Source of the DNA: Clostridia bacterium
GTDB taxonomy: Bacteria; Bacillota; Clostridia; Oscillospirales; CAG-272
Reading direction: 5' to 3'
Assembly: GCA_017444735.1 (NCBI GenBank)
Contig: JAFSWB010000075.1
Coordinates: 1 to 62,857, forward strand
Length of the DNA: 62,857 nucleotides
The notes below the pieces were generated by a model, which was given only the letters and a program-made list of their open reading frames with translations, was not told where the DNA came from and ran no database searches. This document shows positions 32,971 through 41,770 of the stretch, one piece after another (positions within the stretch are counted from its first letter, which is position 1; each line of letters opens with the position of its first letter). Both the position numbers and the translations under genes were made by a program.

Positions 32971-33739
32971 CGCCTTCTCTTTGGGATATCGCCGCGTGGT
33001 TCAGAAGGATCGCCGCGGCGGCAGAAACGTTGAGTGAATTTATACGGCCGTACATCGGGATCGAAACGACCGCGTCGCATCTCTTCTTCGCGAGGGGGGA
33101 GATCCCGCCGCCCTCGCTTCCGAGAACGATCGCCACGCCGCGGTCGAAGTCCGCCTCCCGATACGGCGAGCCGCCCATATCGGCGGCGTAGACCCACAGC
33201 CCCGAGCTTTTCAGCTTCTCGATGAGCTCCGGGATGTTGCTGACTCTGACGACGGGCACGTATTCGACCGCTCCCGCCGACGCTTTTGCGACCGTCGCGT
33301 TCAGTCCGACGGACCGTCTTTTCGGAATGACGACTCCGTGGGCTCCCGCGCACTCGGCGCTCCTTATTATCGCGCCGAGGTTGTGGGGATCCTCGATCCC
33401 GTCGCAGACGACGACGAGCGGCCGTTCTCCGCGCACCTCGGCGAGACGGAACACGTCGTCGAGCGAGGCGAATTCGTGAGCCGCCGTGACGGCGGCGACG
33501 CCCTGGTGGGCGATCCCCCCGCACATCGCGTCGAGCTTCGGTCTTTCCGCGTCGACTACCGGAACGCCGGCCTCCTTTGCAAGGGCGACGAGCTCTCCGA
33601 GTCTGCCGTCGCCTTTCGCGACGAAGACGCGGTCGACGCTCCTGCCCGTGAGGAGGAGTTCCCTCACGGCGTTCCTCCCCGCGACGATCTCGCCGGAGGG
33701 GCGGTCGGCGCGGTCGGGTCTTTTCTTTTTCTGATCCAT
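32945..33739 (-). CDS. rlmB: 23S rRNA (guanosine-2'-O-)-methyltransferase RlmB (SpoU/TrmH family)
   Basis: 264 aa. N-terminal GRNAVRELL substrate-binding domain. SpoU motifs (DGIEDPHNLGAIIRS, LGSEGGG, IPMxGxxxSLNVS). Confidence 0.9.
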   Translation of the reverse strand: MDQKKKRPDRADRPSGEIVAGRNAVRELLLTGRSVDRVFVAKGDGRLGELVALAKEAGVPVVDAERPKLDAMCGGIAHQGVAAVTAAHEFASLDDVFRLAEVRGERPLVVVCDGIEDPHNLGAIIRSAECAGAHGVVIPKRRSVGLNATVAKASAGAVEYVPVVRVSNIPELIEKLKSSGLWVYAADMGGSPYREADFDRGVAIVLGSEGGGISPLAKKRCDAVVSIPMYGRINSLNVSAAAAILLNHAAISQREGGVSHVKEK

Positions 33740-33869
33740 AACGGGCTCTTTTTCGTCTTAAAATTTCGTATAAACATAACTATACAAAGTACATTATATC
33801 ATATTTTATCTTAATTGTACATAGTTTTTTGTACGGCGCGGAGCCGCCGCGCGGGCCTTCTGATTTTTC

Positions 33870-33898
33870 TTGAAATCGCGCGCGCGATGTGTTAGAAT
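33870..33898 (+). promoter_or_regulatory. sigma-A type promoter of the tmk-mrnC cluster
   Basis: TTGAAA 33870-33875, 17-nt spacer, TGtTAGAAT with the -10 at 33893-33898. It overlaps the ORF-track ATG at 33889, so that start is rejected. Confidence 0.6.
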
Positions 33899-33921
33899 TT
33901 ATAAAGAATACGGAAAGCGGG

Positions 33922-34620
33922 GTGACAGAGGTGGGAAAAGGCAAACTCATTGTGATCGAGGGGTCCGGCGACGGGATAGGCAAATCGACGCAGGTGAGAC
34001 GGCTGACGGAGCGGCTTGCCGCGGACGGCGCGCCGTTTTACTGTCACCATTTTCCCTCTTACGGCACGGTCCAGGGCGCCCCGGTGTCGGAATACCTGAG
34101 CGGCGCGTTCGGCCCGCCGGAGACCCTTTCCCCGTATTTTATCAACAATCTTTACGCGCTTGACAGGGCGGTGACGTGGCACGGAGAGCTGAAGGCCCGC
34201 GTCGAGGCGGGCGAGACGGTCGTCCTCGACCGATACGTGACCTCGTCGCTGATCTATCAGTCGGCTCTCATCGAGGACGCGGACGAAAAGCTCGCGTTCG
34301 TCCGCTACGTCTCCGATTACGAATACGAAAAGCTCGGCGTCGGGCGGCCCGACGTCGTGATCTTCCTCCACGTTCCGCCGGACGTGTCGCGCGCTCTTCG
34401 CGCCGCCCGCGGCGGCGAGGGCGTGATCGAGGGAGACATCCACGAATCGGACGGCGGATTTATGACGAAGGTCTACGAGAGCGCGGTCACGGTCGCCCGG
34501 TATCTCGGGTGGAGCTGGATCGAGTGCTCGAAGGACGGCGTGATGAGAGACCCCGGCGATATCGCCCGGGAGATCTACGGCGTTTGCGCGGACGCCGGGC
34601 GAGGCGGGGGAAAAGAGTGA
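33922..34620 (+). CDS. tmk: thymidylate kinase family protein (start uncertain, GTG 33922 or 33931)
   Basis: P-loop EGSGDGIGKST and DRYVTSSLIYQ motif. Confidence 0.8.
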   Translation: MTEVGKGKLIVIEGSGDGIGKSTQVRRLTERLAADGAPFYCHHFPSYGTVQGAPVSEYLSGAFGPPETLSPYFINNLYALDRAVTWHGELKARVEAGETVVLDRYVTSSLIYQSALIEDADEKLAFVRYVSDYEYEKLGVGRPDVVIFLHVPPDVSRALRAARGGEGVIEGDIHESDGGFMTKVYESAVTVARYLGWSWIECSKDGVMRDPGDIAREIYGVCADAGRGGGKE

Positions 34621-35024
34621 GAGAAAAGATCGGAAGAAGAGAGGCGGTCGAGCGGTTCAGCTCGTCCCAGCTCGCCTATCTCGGCGACGCCGTGTTCGAA
34701 GTTCTCGTGCGGGACAAACTCGTGAGAGACGGCGTGAAGACGCCGAGCGTCTCATCGCTCGGGTACGTCACCGCGGCGGCGCAGAGCGCGGCGGCGGAGA
34801 GGATAGCGGACCGGATGACGGAGGACGAGCGCGACGTTTTCAGAAGAGGGCGCAACGACGTCCACACCGGCGTCCCGAAGGGGGCGACGCCCGCGCAGTA
34901 CAGACGGGCGACCGGATTCGAGGCGCTTTTCGGGTATCTCTATATTCTCGGAGAGACCGGAAGAGCGGCGGAGTTGTTCGATATCGCGTTCCCCGGCGGG
35001 GACCGCGAGGAAACGGAGGGGTAA
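34617..35024 (+). CDS. mrnC: mini-ribonuclease III
   Basis: LAYLGDAVFE and GFEALFGYLY motifs. Start set to the GTG at 34617, which overlaps the tmk stop. The upstream part of the 282-aa ORF is an out-of-frame overlap of tmk. Confidence 0.88.
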   Translation: MREKIGRREAVERFSSSQLAYLGDAVFEVLVRDKLVRDGVKTPSVSSLGYVTAAAQSAAAERIADRMTEDERDVFRRGRNDVHTGVPKGATPAQYRRATGFEALFGYLYILGETGRAAELFDIAFPGGDREETEG

Positions 35025-35025
35025 T

Positions 35026-35361
35026 ATGCCGTATATCAACGTGACGACGAACGCGGAGAACGTATCCGCGCAGAGGATCGAAAAGAAGCTCGGAGAGGCG
35101 ATAACGCTCCTCCCGGGGAAGACCGAAAGATGGCTGATGACGCGCGTCACCGAGGGCGCGAGGATGGCGTTCGCCGGCTCGGAGGAGCCGTGCGTTATGG
35201 CGGAGGTCGCCCTTTTCGGCTCGGCGACGGAGAGCGCGTACGCGAAGCTGACGGCGGAGCTCTGCCGCGTCCTGTCCGAGGAGACGGGAGTCCCCGAGAG
35301 CAGGATATACGTAAAATACGAGGAAACGTCCACGTGGGGCTGGTCCGGCTCCAACTTCTGA
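35026..35361 (+). CDS. MIF / tautomerase-superfamily protein
   Basis: 111 aa starting MPYINV (catalytic Pro1 after Met removal). MIF-like length and pattern. Confidence 0.7.
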   Translation: MPYINVTTNAENVSAQRIEKKLGEAITLLPGKTERWLMTRVTEGARMAFAGSEEPCVMAEVALFGSATESAYAKLTAELCRVLSEETGVPESRIYVKYEETSTWGWSGSNF

Positions 35362-35373
35362 AAGGAGCGCGCG

Positions 35374-35913
35374 ATGGGATTTCATGAGATAAGCCCCGAG
35401 GGGATGACCGGGAACGCGATCGACATGATCGGCAGAGAGTGGATGCTCGTCACCGCCGCGAAGGACGGCGCGAGAGAGGGCGATCCCTGCGGCGGGACGT
35501 ACAACACGATGACCGCGAGCTGGGGCGGGATCGGCGTCCTTTGGGGGCGTCCGGTCGCCTTCGTCTTCATCCGTCCGGAGAGGTTCACCTATTCGTTCGC
35601 CGAGGCGTCCGACTATATGACGCTCTCGTTTTTCGGCGGCGAAAAGAAAGAGGCGCTCGCCTTCTGCGGAACGAAGAGCGGACGGGACGTCGACAAGGCG
35701 GCGGCGTGCTCGCTGACGCCCGTTTTCACGGAGGAGGACGGCGGCGAGTCCGTTTATTTCGACGAGGCGACCCTCGTCCTGACGCTGAAAAAGCTCTACG
35801 CCGCGCCGATCGATCCCGACCGTTTCTTCGACGAAGAGTGTCTGAAAAATTACGAGAACAGCGGATTTCACAAGATGTACGTCGGCGAGATCGTCCGCGT
35901 TCTCGAAAAATAA
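35374..35913 (+). CDS. flavin reductase-like FMN-binding domain protein
   Basis: 179 aa. NTMTASWGGIG pattern typical of Flavin_Reduct domain proteins. Confidence 0.75.
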   Translation: MGFHEISPEGMTGNAIDMIGREWMLVTAAKDGAREGDPCGGTYNTMTASWGGIGVLWGRPVAFVFIRPERFTYSFAEASDYMTLSFFGGEKKEALAFCGTKSGRDVDKAAACSLTPVFTEEDGGESVYFDEATLVLTLKKLYAAPIDPDRFFDEECLKNYENSGFHKMYVGEIVRVLEK

Positions 35914-35924
35914 GGAAAACGGAA

Positions 35925-37358
35925 ATGAAGAAAATCGTCTTCACTTTTCTTCTCGCGGTCGTGGCGTCGGCGGCTCTTGCCGTCGGCGTTTTCGCGGAGG
36001 CCGACGACGTCGCCGCGCCGTCGGTCCTGACGGCGGCGGGAGCGGACGAGGATATCGCGCTCGTTTGCGACGGCGATCTCAACTCGTTCGTCGGGTTCGC
36101 TCCGGGCGGGACGGTAAGCGTGTCGTCCGGGACGCCGATAGCGGGCGTTTACGTCAGATTTTACGTGAAGGGCGCGGTCTGGACGCTCTCCGCGAACGGC
36201 GCGGCGGAGAACGAGACGCGCGGGTACGTTCACGACTACGTTCCCGTCGGCGCGCCGACCGGCGAGCTGACGATCTCGTTCCCCGACGGCGCGCAGGTCG
36301 CCGAGCTATCGCTCTTCACGGAGGGCGGACTGCCGGACGACGTTCAGGTCTGGGAGCCGCCGCTCGACGGCGGGGCGGACCTCGTCATGTTCTCGTCCCA
36401 CGCGGACGACGAACAGCTCTTCTTCTCAGGGACCCTTCCCGACTCCGTCGCGAAGGGGGCGAAGTGTCAGGTCGTCTATTTCTGCGACCACTCCCCGACG
36501 CCTCAGCGCGTCCACGAGCAGCTTAACGGTCTCTGGACGGTCGGCGTCCGGTACTATCCCGTTTTCGGCGTCTTTCCCGACCTCTACTCCGAGTCGCGCG
36601 AGGGCGGCGAGGCGGTCTTCGCCGACAGCGGGTACGGTTACGGGCAGTTCATCGCGTGGCAGGTGGAAAACATCAGGCGTTTCCGCCCGCAGGTCCTCCT
36701 GATCCACGACGAGGCGGGAGAATACGGACACGGGACGCATATAATCAACTCGTACACGGCGCGGGACGCCGTGACGCTCGCCGCCGACCCGTCGGCGGAG
36801 CCCGATTCGGCGGACAAATACGGCGTCTGGGACACCCCGAAGGTCTATATGCACCTCTACCCCGAGCACGCGATCGTCCTCGATTTCGACACGCCGCTCG
36901 ATTATTTCGGCGGAAAGACCGCCTACGAGATGTCGTGCCTCGGGTTCGGAAAGCACTACAGCCAGCACTGGACGTGGTTCTACGAATGGATGTACGGTCC
37001 GTCCTACGCGCCCTACACGACGGCGGCGCAGATCGACTCCTACAGCCCGTGCAGATGGGGGCTGTGGCGGACGACCGTCGGGTACGACACGCGCGCGGAC
37101 TTTTTCGAGAATATCGTTCTTCTGAAGGATCAGACGCCGCCTCCTCCCGAAACGGAGGCGACGGACCCGCCCGAAACGGAGCCGGAGACGGAAACCGCGG
37201 AGGAGACGGGGAAAGCGGACGAGGGGACGAAAAAAGAGAGCGGACGGCGGATCAGCCTCGCCGTTCCCGCCGTCCTCGTCGTCGCCGCGGCGATCATCCT
37301 GTCCTTCTCGCTCACGGCGCTTCGGCGACGGGGCGCGGGAAAAAGACGGAGAAATTAA
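35925..37358 (+). CDS. secreted/anchored PIG-L (LmbE-like) family deacetylase
   Basis: Start trimmed to MKKIVFTFLL (signal peptide). SSHADDEQLFF matches the PIG-L AHPDDE motif. Pro/Glu/Thr linker and C-terminal TM anchor. Confidence 0.8.
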   Translation: MKKIVFTFLLAVVASAALAVGVFAEADDVAAPSVLTAAGADEDIALVCDGDLNSFVGFAPGGTVSVSSGTPIAGVYVRFYVKGAVWTLSANGAAENETRGYVHDYVPVGAPTGELTISFPDGAQVAELSLFTEGGLPDDVQVWEPPLDGGADLVMFSSHADDEQLFFSGTLPDSVAKGAKCQVVYFCDHSPTPQRVHEQLNGLWTVGVRYYPVFGVFPDLYSESREGGEAVFADSGYGYGQFIAWQVENIRRFRPQVLLIHDEAGEYGHGTHIINSYTARDAVTLAADPSAEPDSADKYGVWDTPKVYMHLYPEHAIVLDFDTPLDYFGGKTAYEMSCLGFGKHYSQHWTWFYEWMYGPSYAPYTTAAQIDSYSPCRWGLWRTTVGYDTRADFFENIVLLKDQTPPPPETEATDPPETEPETETAEETGKADEGTKKESGRRISLAVPAVLVVAAAIILSFSLTALRRRGAGKRRRN

Positions 37359-37499
37359 GGGGCTGTCGCACTTAGCGCAGATCGAAAAAGCACGGGTTAA
37401 AAATCGAATAAAGCAAACAGAAATCCGTAGTTTTCATCTTTTTGAGGTGAAAATCCTACGGATTTTTCCATTTTATGTCCTTTTTCTATCGCCGTTTTT
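37359..37499 (-). repeat. 141-bp palindromic intergenic repeat, copy B (inverted relative to 1..141)
   Basis: 140/141 identity to the reverse complement of 1..141. Begins immediately after the TAA stop of the PIG-L gene. Confidence 0.9.
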
Positions 37500-37585
37500 G
37501 CCCCTCGACGTACGCCAGTACGCCTCACGGGGCAAAGAACGACGATTCTGCATCTAATTGCAACAACCCCGGCGCCCGGGCTCTG

Positions 37586-38026
37586 TTACAGCGTCCGGTA
37601 AAACCCGACCGCTTTCGCGATATCCTTTTCGTCGGGGCGTCCCTTGGCGATCCCTCCGATCTTTCCGAACGGCCCGAAGGTGTCAAAGCCGCGGCAATGG
37701 AAGCTGCCGATCTCCCGGCAGTTCTTTTTGTTTGCGACGGCGCGTATTTTCTTCAGAAAGCCGCCGAACGGCGCGCCGTGCGTGTAAATATAGAACACGT
37801 CCTTGTTTTCGGGCAGGCGCGCTTCGGCAAAGGCGACGAGCTGCTTTGCGAACGAGCTGAAATAGATGCCGGAGGCAAGCCCGATGCGGTCGTACGACGA
37901 AAGATCTGCTTCCGCCTGTTTCGTCACGTCGATCAGCGTCACGGAACCGTCTTCGGCGGCGATCGCGTCAAGCAGTTTTTTCGTGTTGCCGTGGTGTTTG
38001 GAATAATATACGACAGCGGTTCTCAT
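37586..38026 (-). CDS. flavodoxin-family protein
   Basis: 146 aa from MRTAVVYYSKHHGNTKKL. The ORF-track N-terminal extension has no RBS and is low-complexity. Confidence 0.8.
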   Translation of the reverse strand: MRTAVVYYSKHHGNTKKLLDAIAAEDGSVTLIDVTKQAEADLSSYDRIGLASGIYFSSFAKQLVAFAEARLPENKDVFYIYTHGAPFGGFLKKIRAVANKKNCREIGSFHCRGFDTFGPFGKIGGIAKGRPDEKDIAKAVGFYRTL

Positions 38027-38051
38027 TTTTACCTCGCCAAACCGGGTTTTA

Positions 38052-38993
38052 TCACGCTTTGCTGAACTTCTCCTTCGGCTGTTTGCAGCGCGGGCATCTC
38101 CAGTCGTCGGGCAGATCTTCGAAGGCGACGCCGTCGTGTTCGGCGGGGTCGTAAACGTATCCGCAGACCGAGCAGACGTATTTGCCGCTGGCTTTCGCTT
38201 CGGAGAAATCGACTTCGGCAAGAACCGTGGGAACGGGGTGGTCCAGATCCGTCACGCGCTTTGCTTCGAGGTTTTCATATCCCTGCGGCGTATGCGTTCC
38301 GCAGTAGACGGTCGGATTGTTGCGAACGAATTCGCGGACACGGTCGAGCGTTTCACGAGCAGCGGCGAGGTCTTCATAAACGACCGACAGCTTGTTCTCA
38401 TACAGCGCCTCGTCAACGTAGGTGATATCGCCGTGGAGCATATAGAACAGTCCGTCGTTTTCGACGATCACAACGCTGTTGCCGCCCGTGTGTCCCTTTG
38501 CTTTGATATAGTAAACACCGTCCGCGATCTTCTGGCTTGCCGGAAAGTTGTGGTAGGCGCCGTCGGTAAAACTGACGGGGACGATATTGGAAAATCCCTG
38601 CAACTCTGCCGCAGTTGTTTCGTCGGCGTTCACGTAGATCTTTGCGTTCGGGAAGGAACGCAGTTCGCCGGAATGATCAGCATGCTTGTGCGTAAGGAGG
38701 ATCTTCGTAACCTGCTCCGGCTTGTATCCCAAAGCGGCAAACGCCTCCATATAACTGCAGATGTCTTTTCCTGTGTAAAGCGCGCTGTTCTTGTTCGGTA
38801 CCTCTTCGGGTGTTCCGGCAGGAAGGCCGGTATCTACGAGGATAACTTCGTTGCCGGCGTCGATCAGGTAATTCTGCAGACTCCCGCGATAGCGCACAGA
38901 CGGGTCGAATTTGTCCGCGCCTTCCTCACCGCCGAAAACAAATGGCTGAGTATAAAAGCCGTCTTTTCTGAATTTGACTGCTTTGACGATCAT
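38052..38993 (-). CDS. MBL-fold metallo-hydrolase fused to a C-terminal rubredoxin domain
   Basis: THKHADHSG (HxHxDH). C-terminal CSVCGY...CPRC rubredoxin knuckles. Confidence 0.88.
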   Translation of the reverse strand: MIVKAVKFRKDGFYTQPFVFGGEEGADKFDPSVRYRGSLQNYLIDAGNEVILVDTGLPAGTPEEVPNKNSALYTGKDICSYMEAFAALGYKPEQVTKILLTHKHADHSGELRSFPNAKIYVNADETTAAELQGFSNIVPVSFTDGAYHNFPASQKIADGVYYIKAKGHTGGNSVVIVENDGLFYMLHGDITYVDEALYENKLSVVYEDLAAARETLDRVREFVRNNPTVYCGTHTPQGYENLEAKRVTDLDHPVPTVLAEVDFSEAKASGKYVCSVCGYVYDPAEHDGVAFEDLPDDWRCPRCKQPKEKFSKA

Positions 38994-39021
38994 AATCTTT
39001 TCCTCCGTTTTTCTGTGCGTC

Positions 39022-39204
39022 TTATTTCACTGCAGGTTCCCACTTGCAGCGGACGGGAGAGACGATGGAGCCGTCTTTCTTCATGTCAGCCATCGTCTTG
39101 TCCACGGCTTTTCTGTCAAGCCCGGTCAGCTCGGCGATCTTGCCCGCGTTCATCGGCTCTCCGGCTTTCTTCATTGCCTCTAAAATGATTTCCTTTTCGT
39201 TCAT
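39022..39204 (-). CDS. small winged-helix DNA-binding protein
   Basis: 60 aa. [26 protein letters not shown] looks like an HTH. Good RBS. Confidence 0.6.
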   Translation of the reverse strand: MNEKEIILEAMKKAGEPMNAGKIAELTGLDRKAVDKTMADMKKDGSIVSPVRCKWEPAVK

Positions 39205-39233
39205 GGCGTTTTCCTCCTGTATAATATTATTTT

Positions 39234-40373
39234 TTAATCTGCAATATCCACGTCCGGCACGATCAGAACGTCGTATCCCGGATAAAGAGTATTTATCTCG
39301 CCGTACAGCGTTTCTATCGCTTCCTTACGGTCAACGTCAAAGCTGACCACCACGTCGAAACGAATCGTTTTCTTCTCGGTATCGGCGTAGAAACCGTGCA
39401 TCTGAAGCGCCCAGTCGTGAGCCATTACCGTCTTCTGCACCTCGTTGCGCATCCCGGCCGCCTCGTCGTCGGAGGTGTTGTAGGAATAGACGCCGATGCC
39501 CGTCAGGATGATCCCGGTTTTATGAAATACGTCGGTTTGTATTTTTCTTGTGATCCTGTCCACGTCGCCAACGCTGAGATTGTCAGGCAGTTCGATGTGT
39601 ACCGACCCGTAGTTTTTGTTCGGACCGTAGTTGAAAAGCGTTACGTCGTAAGCGCCGAGCACCGCGTCTTCAGCGCAGATGATCTCTTTCAGTTCCTTCG
39701 TCGATTCCGCGTCCTCCCGCTTGCCGATGATATCGTTCAGCGTTTCGATCATCATTTCTATACCGGCTTTGATGATGAAGCCCGCGATGATCACGCCGAC
39801 GTACGCTTCAAGCGAAACGCCCCAGATCAGGTAAACGATCGCCGAAGCGAGGACGGAAGAGGAAAGGATCGCGTCGAACAGCGCGTCCGAACCGGATGCG
39901 ACCAGCGCGCCGGAACTGACCTTTTTTCCCTGTTTTTTTACGAACGTTCCGAGGATCAGTTTCACAGCGATCGCAACGGAAATGATAATAATCGAGACAG
40001 TGCTGTAGTCCGCTGATTCGGGGGCTATGATTTTCTTTACCGACTCCACCAACGACGTGATACCGGCATAAAGGACAAGCGCGGCGACGATCATTGAGCT
40101 GAGATATTCGATCCTGCCGTAACCGAGCGGGTGCTTTTTATCCGGCTGTTTCGCGCCGAGTTTCGCGCCGATGATCGTCACGACGGACGAAAGAGCGTCG
40201 GACAGGTTGTTGACCGCGTCGAGAATGACGGCGATCGAATTGGATACAAGTCCCACGAACGCCTTGAAGCCGACGAGCAGGACGTTTGTGACGATCCCGA
40301 TGATACTTGTTTTTACGATCGCCTTTTCTCTTTGCGCCGTAAGTACCGCGATGTCATCTTTTTGATTATCCAC
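39234..40373 (-). CDS. cation diffusion facilitator (CDF) family transporter
   Basis: 379 aa, GTG start behind AAAGGAGG. SNSIAVILDAVNNLSDA and HPLGYGRIEY motifs, six TM segments, cytoplasmic C-terminal domain. Confidence 0.88.
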   Translation of the reverse strand: MDNQKDDIAVLTAQREKAIVKTSIIGIVTNVLLVGFKAFVGLVSNSIAVILDAVNNLSDALSSVVTIIGAKLGAKQPDKKHPLGYGRIEYLSSMIVAALVLYAGITSLVESVKKIIAPESADYSTVSIIIISVAIAVKLILGTFVKKQGKKVSSGALVASGSDALFDAILSSSVLASAIVYLIWGVSLEAYVGVIIAGFIIKAGIEMMIETLNDIIGKREDAESTKELKEIICAEDAVLGAYDVTLFNYGPNKNYGSVHIELPDNLSVGDVDRITRKIQTDVFHKTGIILTGIGVYSYNTSDDEAAGMRNEVQKTVMAHDWALQMHGFYADTEKKTIRFDVVVSFDVDRKEAIETLYGEINTLYPGYDVLIVPDVDIAD

Positions 40374-40412
40374 AGTTTATCCTCCTTTACAAAACCCGGT
40401 TTGTCCGGTCGT

Positions 40413-40964
40413 TCACAGCGATTCTTCGACCGCGCGACGGACGACCTTCATATCGACGGTCGGCTCGAATCGGGCGACGACCCTGCCTTCGCGATCGATG
40501 AGGAATTTCGTGAAGTTCCAGCCGATATTCGTTTTGTCTCCGAACTTTTTGTTATTCATTTTCGCGAACTTGTTCAGCGCGGCGTTTTTCAGTCCCTTGC
40601 CGAATCCCGCGAACGGCTTTTCGGACGCAAGGAACGCGAACAGCGGATCGGCATTTTCTCCGTTGACGTCGATTTTTGCAAATTGAGGGAACTCCGTTCC
40701 GAATTTCAGCGTGCAGAAATCGTGGATCTCGTCGTCGCTTCCCGGCGCCTGTCCCGCGAACTGATTGGACGGGAAATCGAGGATCTCGAAGCCCCTGTCC
40801 CGCAAATCTTTATACATCGCTTCGAGCGGGTCGTAATGCGGCGTGAAGCCGCAGCCCGTCGCCGTGTTGACGATAAGGAGCACCTTTCCCTTATATTCGG
40901 AAAGATCGACGCCGTTGCCTTTTCTGTCCTTCACGGTGAAATCGTAAACAGTTCTCATTTTCAT
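40413..40964 (-). CDS. glutathione peroxidase family protein
   Basis: NTATGCGFT active-site Cys and FPSNQF motif. The first ATG overlaps the marR stop (ATGA). The second ATG at 40958 is an alternative start. Confidence 0.9.
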   Translation of the reverse strand: MKMRTVYDFTVKDRKGNGVDLSEYKGKVLLIVNTATGCGFTPHYDPLEAMYKDLRDRGFEILDFPSNQFAGQAPGSDDEIHDFCTLKFGTEFPQFAKIDVNGENADPLFAFLASEKPFAGFGKGLKNAALNKFAKMNNKKFGDKTNIGWNFTKFLIDREGRVVARFEPTVDMKVVRRAVEESL

Positions 40965-41413
40965 TTATCCTCCGTTTTTTTCTTTTCTTCATCGAGCAGC
41001 TTATATAGAGTTCTGTACAGTTCGGCCGCTTCGTCCGGCGTCAGATGAAGTTCGTTCGCCATACATCCGGGCACGCCGAGCGCCCTGTCCTGTAGTTCCC
41101 TGCCCGCCTTCGTCAGCGTAATAACAAGATTCCGCCCGTCGCCTTTGTCCTTCGTTTTCTCGATATAACCTTTGTCCCGCAGTTTTTTCAGAAGCGGCGT
41201 CACCGTGTTGGATTTCAGGCAAAGCGTCTCGCAAAGGAGTTTTTCGTTCGCCTGTCCCCGCTCCCACAGAACCATCATCACGACGTACTGCGTGTAGGTC
41301 AGATCGAGTTCGTCGAGAAACGGTTTGTATTTCCGCGTTATCATATTCGATACGGCGTAGATCGGGAAACAAAGCTGATTTTTCAGGCGAAGAGCCTCGT
41401 ATCTGTCGTTCAT
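40961..41413 (-). CDS. MarR-family transcriptional regulator
   Basis: 150 aa winged-helix with a typical MarR layout. First gene of the marR-gpx cluster. Confidence 0.88.
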   Translation of the reverse strand: MNDRYEALRLKNQLCFPIYAVSNMITRKYKPFLDELDLTYTQYVVMMVLWERGQANEKLLCETLCLKSNTVTPLLKKLRDKGYIEKTKDKGDGRNLVITLTKAGRELQDRALGVPGCMANELHLTPDEAAELYRTLYKLLDEEKKKTEDK

Positions 41414-41433
41414 TCCGTTATCACCTCATAATA

Positions 41434-41462
41434 ATTATATCGCACGCGATGTGATTTGTCAA
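41434..41462 (-). promoter_or_regulatory. marR operon promoter with an operator-like palindrome in the spacer
   Basis: Minus strand: TTGACA (41457-41462), 17-nt spacer containing ATCGCgtGCGAT, TATAAT (41434-41439), then the GAGGTGA RBS. Confidence 0.7.
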
Positions 41463-41475
41463 AAAAGGGGGGATG

Positions 41476-41569
41476 ATATGAGAACTCGACCGAAGGTCGA
41501 ATATAACCGCGAAGCGATATCACCCGAACGAAGTTCGGATATAACTCGTTCCGAAGGAACGAATATAAC
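41476..41569 (+). repeat. array of four short hairpins with variable covarying stems, invariant GAA loop and ATAT(A/C)AC spacers
   Basis: TCGACC-GAA-GGTCGA ATATAAC / CGC-GAA-GCG ATATCAC / CCGAAC-GAA-GTTCGG ATATAAC / TCGTTCC-GAA-GGAACGA ATATAAC. Confidence 0.85.
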
Positions 41570-41570
41570 T

Positions 41571-41599
41571 GAAAAAAGCACCCAACGGGTGCTTTTTTC
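41571..41599. terminator. bidirectional terminator-like hairpin
   Basis: GAAAAAAGCACCC-AAC-GGGTGCTTTTTTC. Confidence 0.7.
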
Positions 41600-41602
41600 G
41601 TG

Positions 41603-41624
41603 TGGGCCATCAGGGATCTCGAAC
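41603..41624 (-). pseudogene. orphan fragment identical to the 3' end (T-arm half plus acceptor) of the neighbouring tRNA
   Basis: TGGGCCATCAGGGA(T)CTCGAAC matches 41771..41791 except for one inserted T. No 5' half or cloverleaf can be drawn. Confidence 0.8.
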
Positions 41625-41730
41625 GCATTGCGATTCAATTCAGCGTATATTGAAGATACCGTACGCAACGCATAAAGAATTGCCTGCGGCAATTCTTTAC
41701 CCGAGGGTTCTCGTCACGTTAGTGACGTAC

Positions 41731-41769
41731 ATATGACAAAAGACACCCTATGGGTGTCTTTTGTCATAT
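41731..41769 (-). terminator. tRNA terminator (18-bp perfect stem)
   Basis: ATATGACAAAAGACACCC-TAT-GGGTGTCTTTTGTCATAT, abutting the tRNA 3' end. Confidence 0.8.
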
Positions 41770-41770
41770 G

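Noticed and set aside
33780-33860. Three GTACA motifs and an AT-rich stretch between rlmB and tmk.
   Set aside because: Short motifs in a divergent promoter region. There is no clear dyad or periodicity beyond what promoters explain.
34176-34616. N-terminal 147 codons of the 282-aa ORF preceding mini-RNase III.
   Set aside because: This is an Arg-rich frame overlapping tmk. The homology to mini-III starts right after the GTG at 34617, which overlaps the tmk stop.
40366-40374. Perfect DnaA box TTATCCACA.
   Set aside because: It is a single isolated copy spanning the GTG start of the CDF transporter gene, 38 kb from dnaA. Most likely chance.
41476-41569. CRISPR-like array.
   Set aside because: The conserved unit is only 7 nt and the variable parts are self-complementary hairpins of 9-17 nt, not spacers. 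No cas genes are present in the window.
41451-41692. 74-aa plus-strand and 77-aa minus-strand ORFs over the hairpin array and tRNA fragment.
   Set aside because: They have no RBS, they cross two terminator hairpins, and the sequence is explained by structured non-coding elements.
41603-41700. Possible second tRNA gene next to tRNA(CAT).
   Set aside because: Only the 3' 21-22 nt match a tRNA. No complementary 5' acceptor strand, D-arm or anticodon arm can be drawn. It is called an orphan fragment instead.
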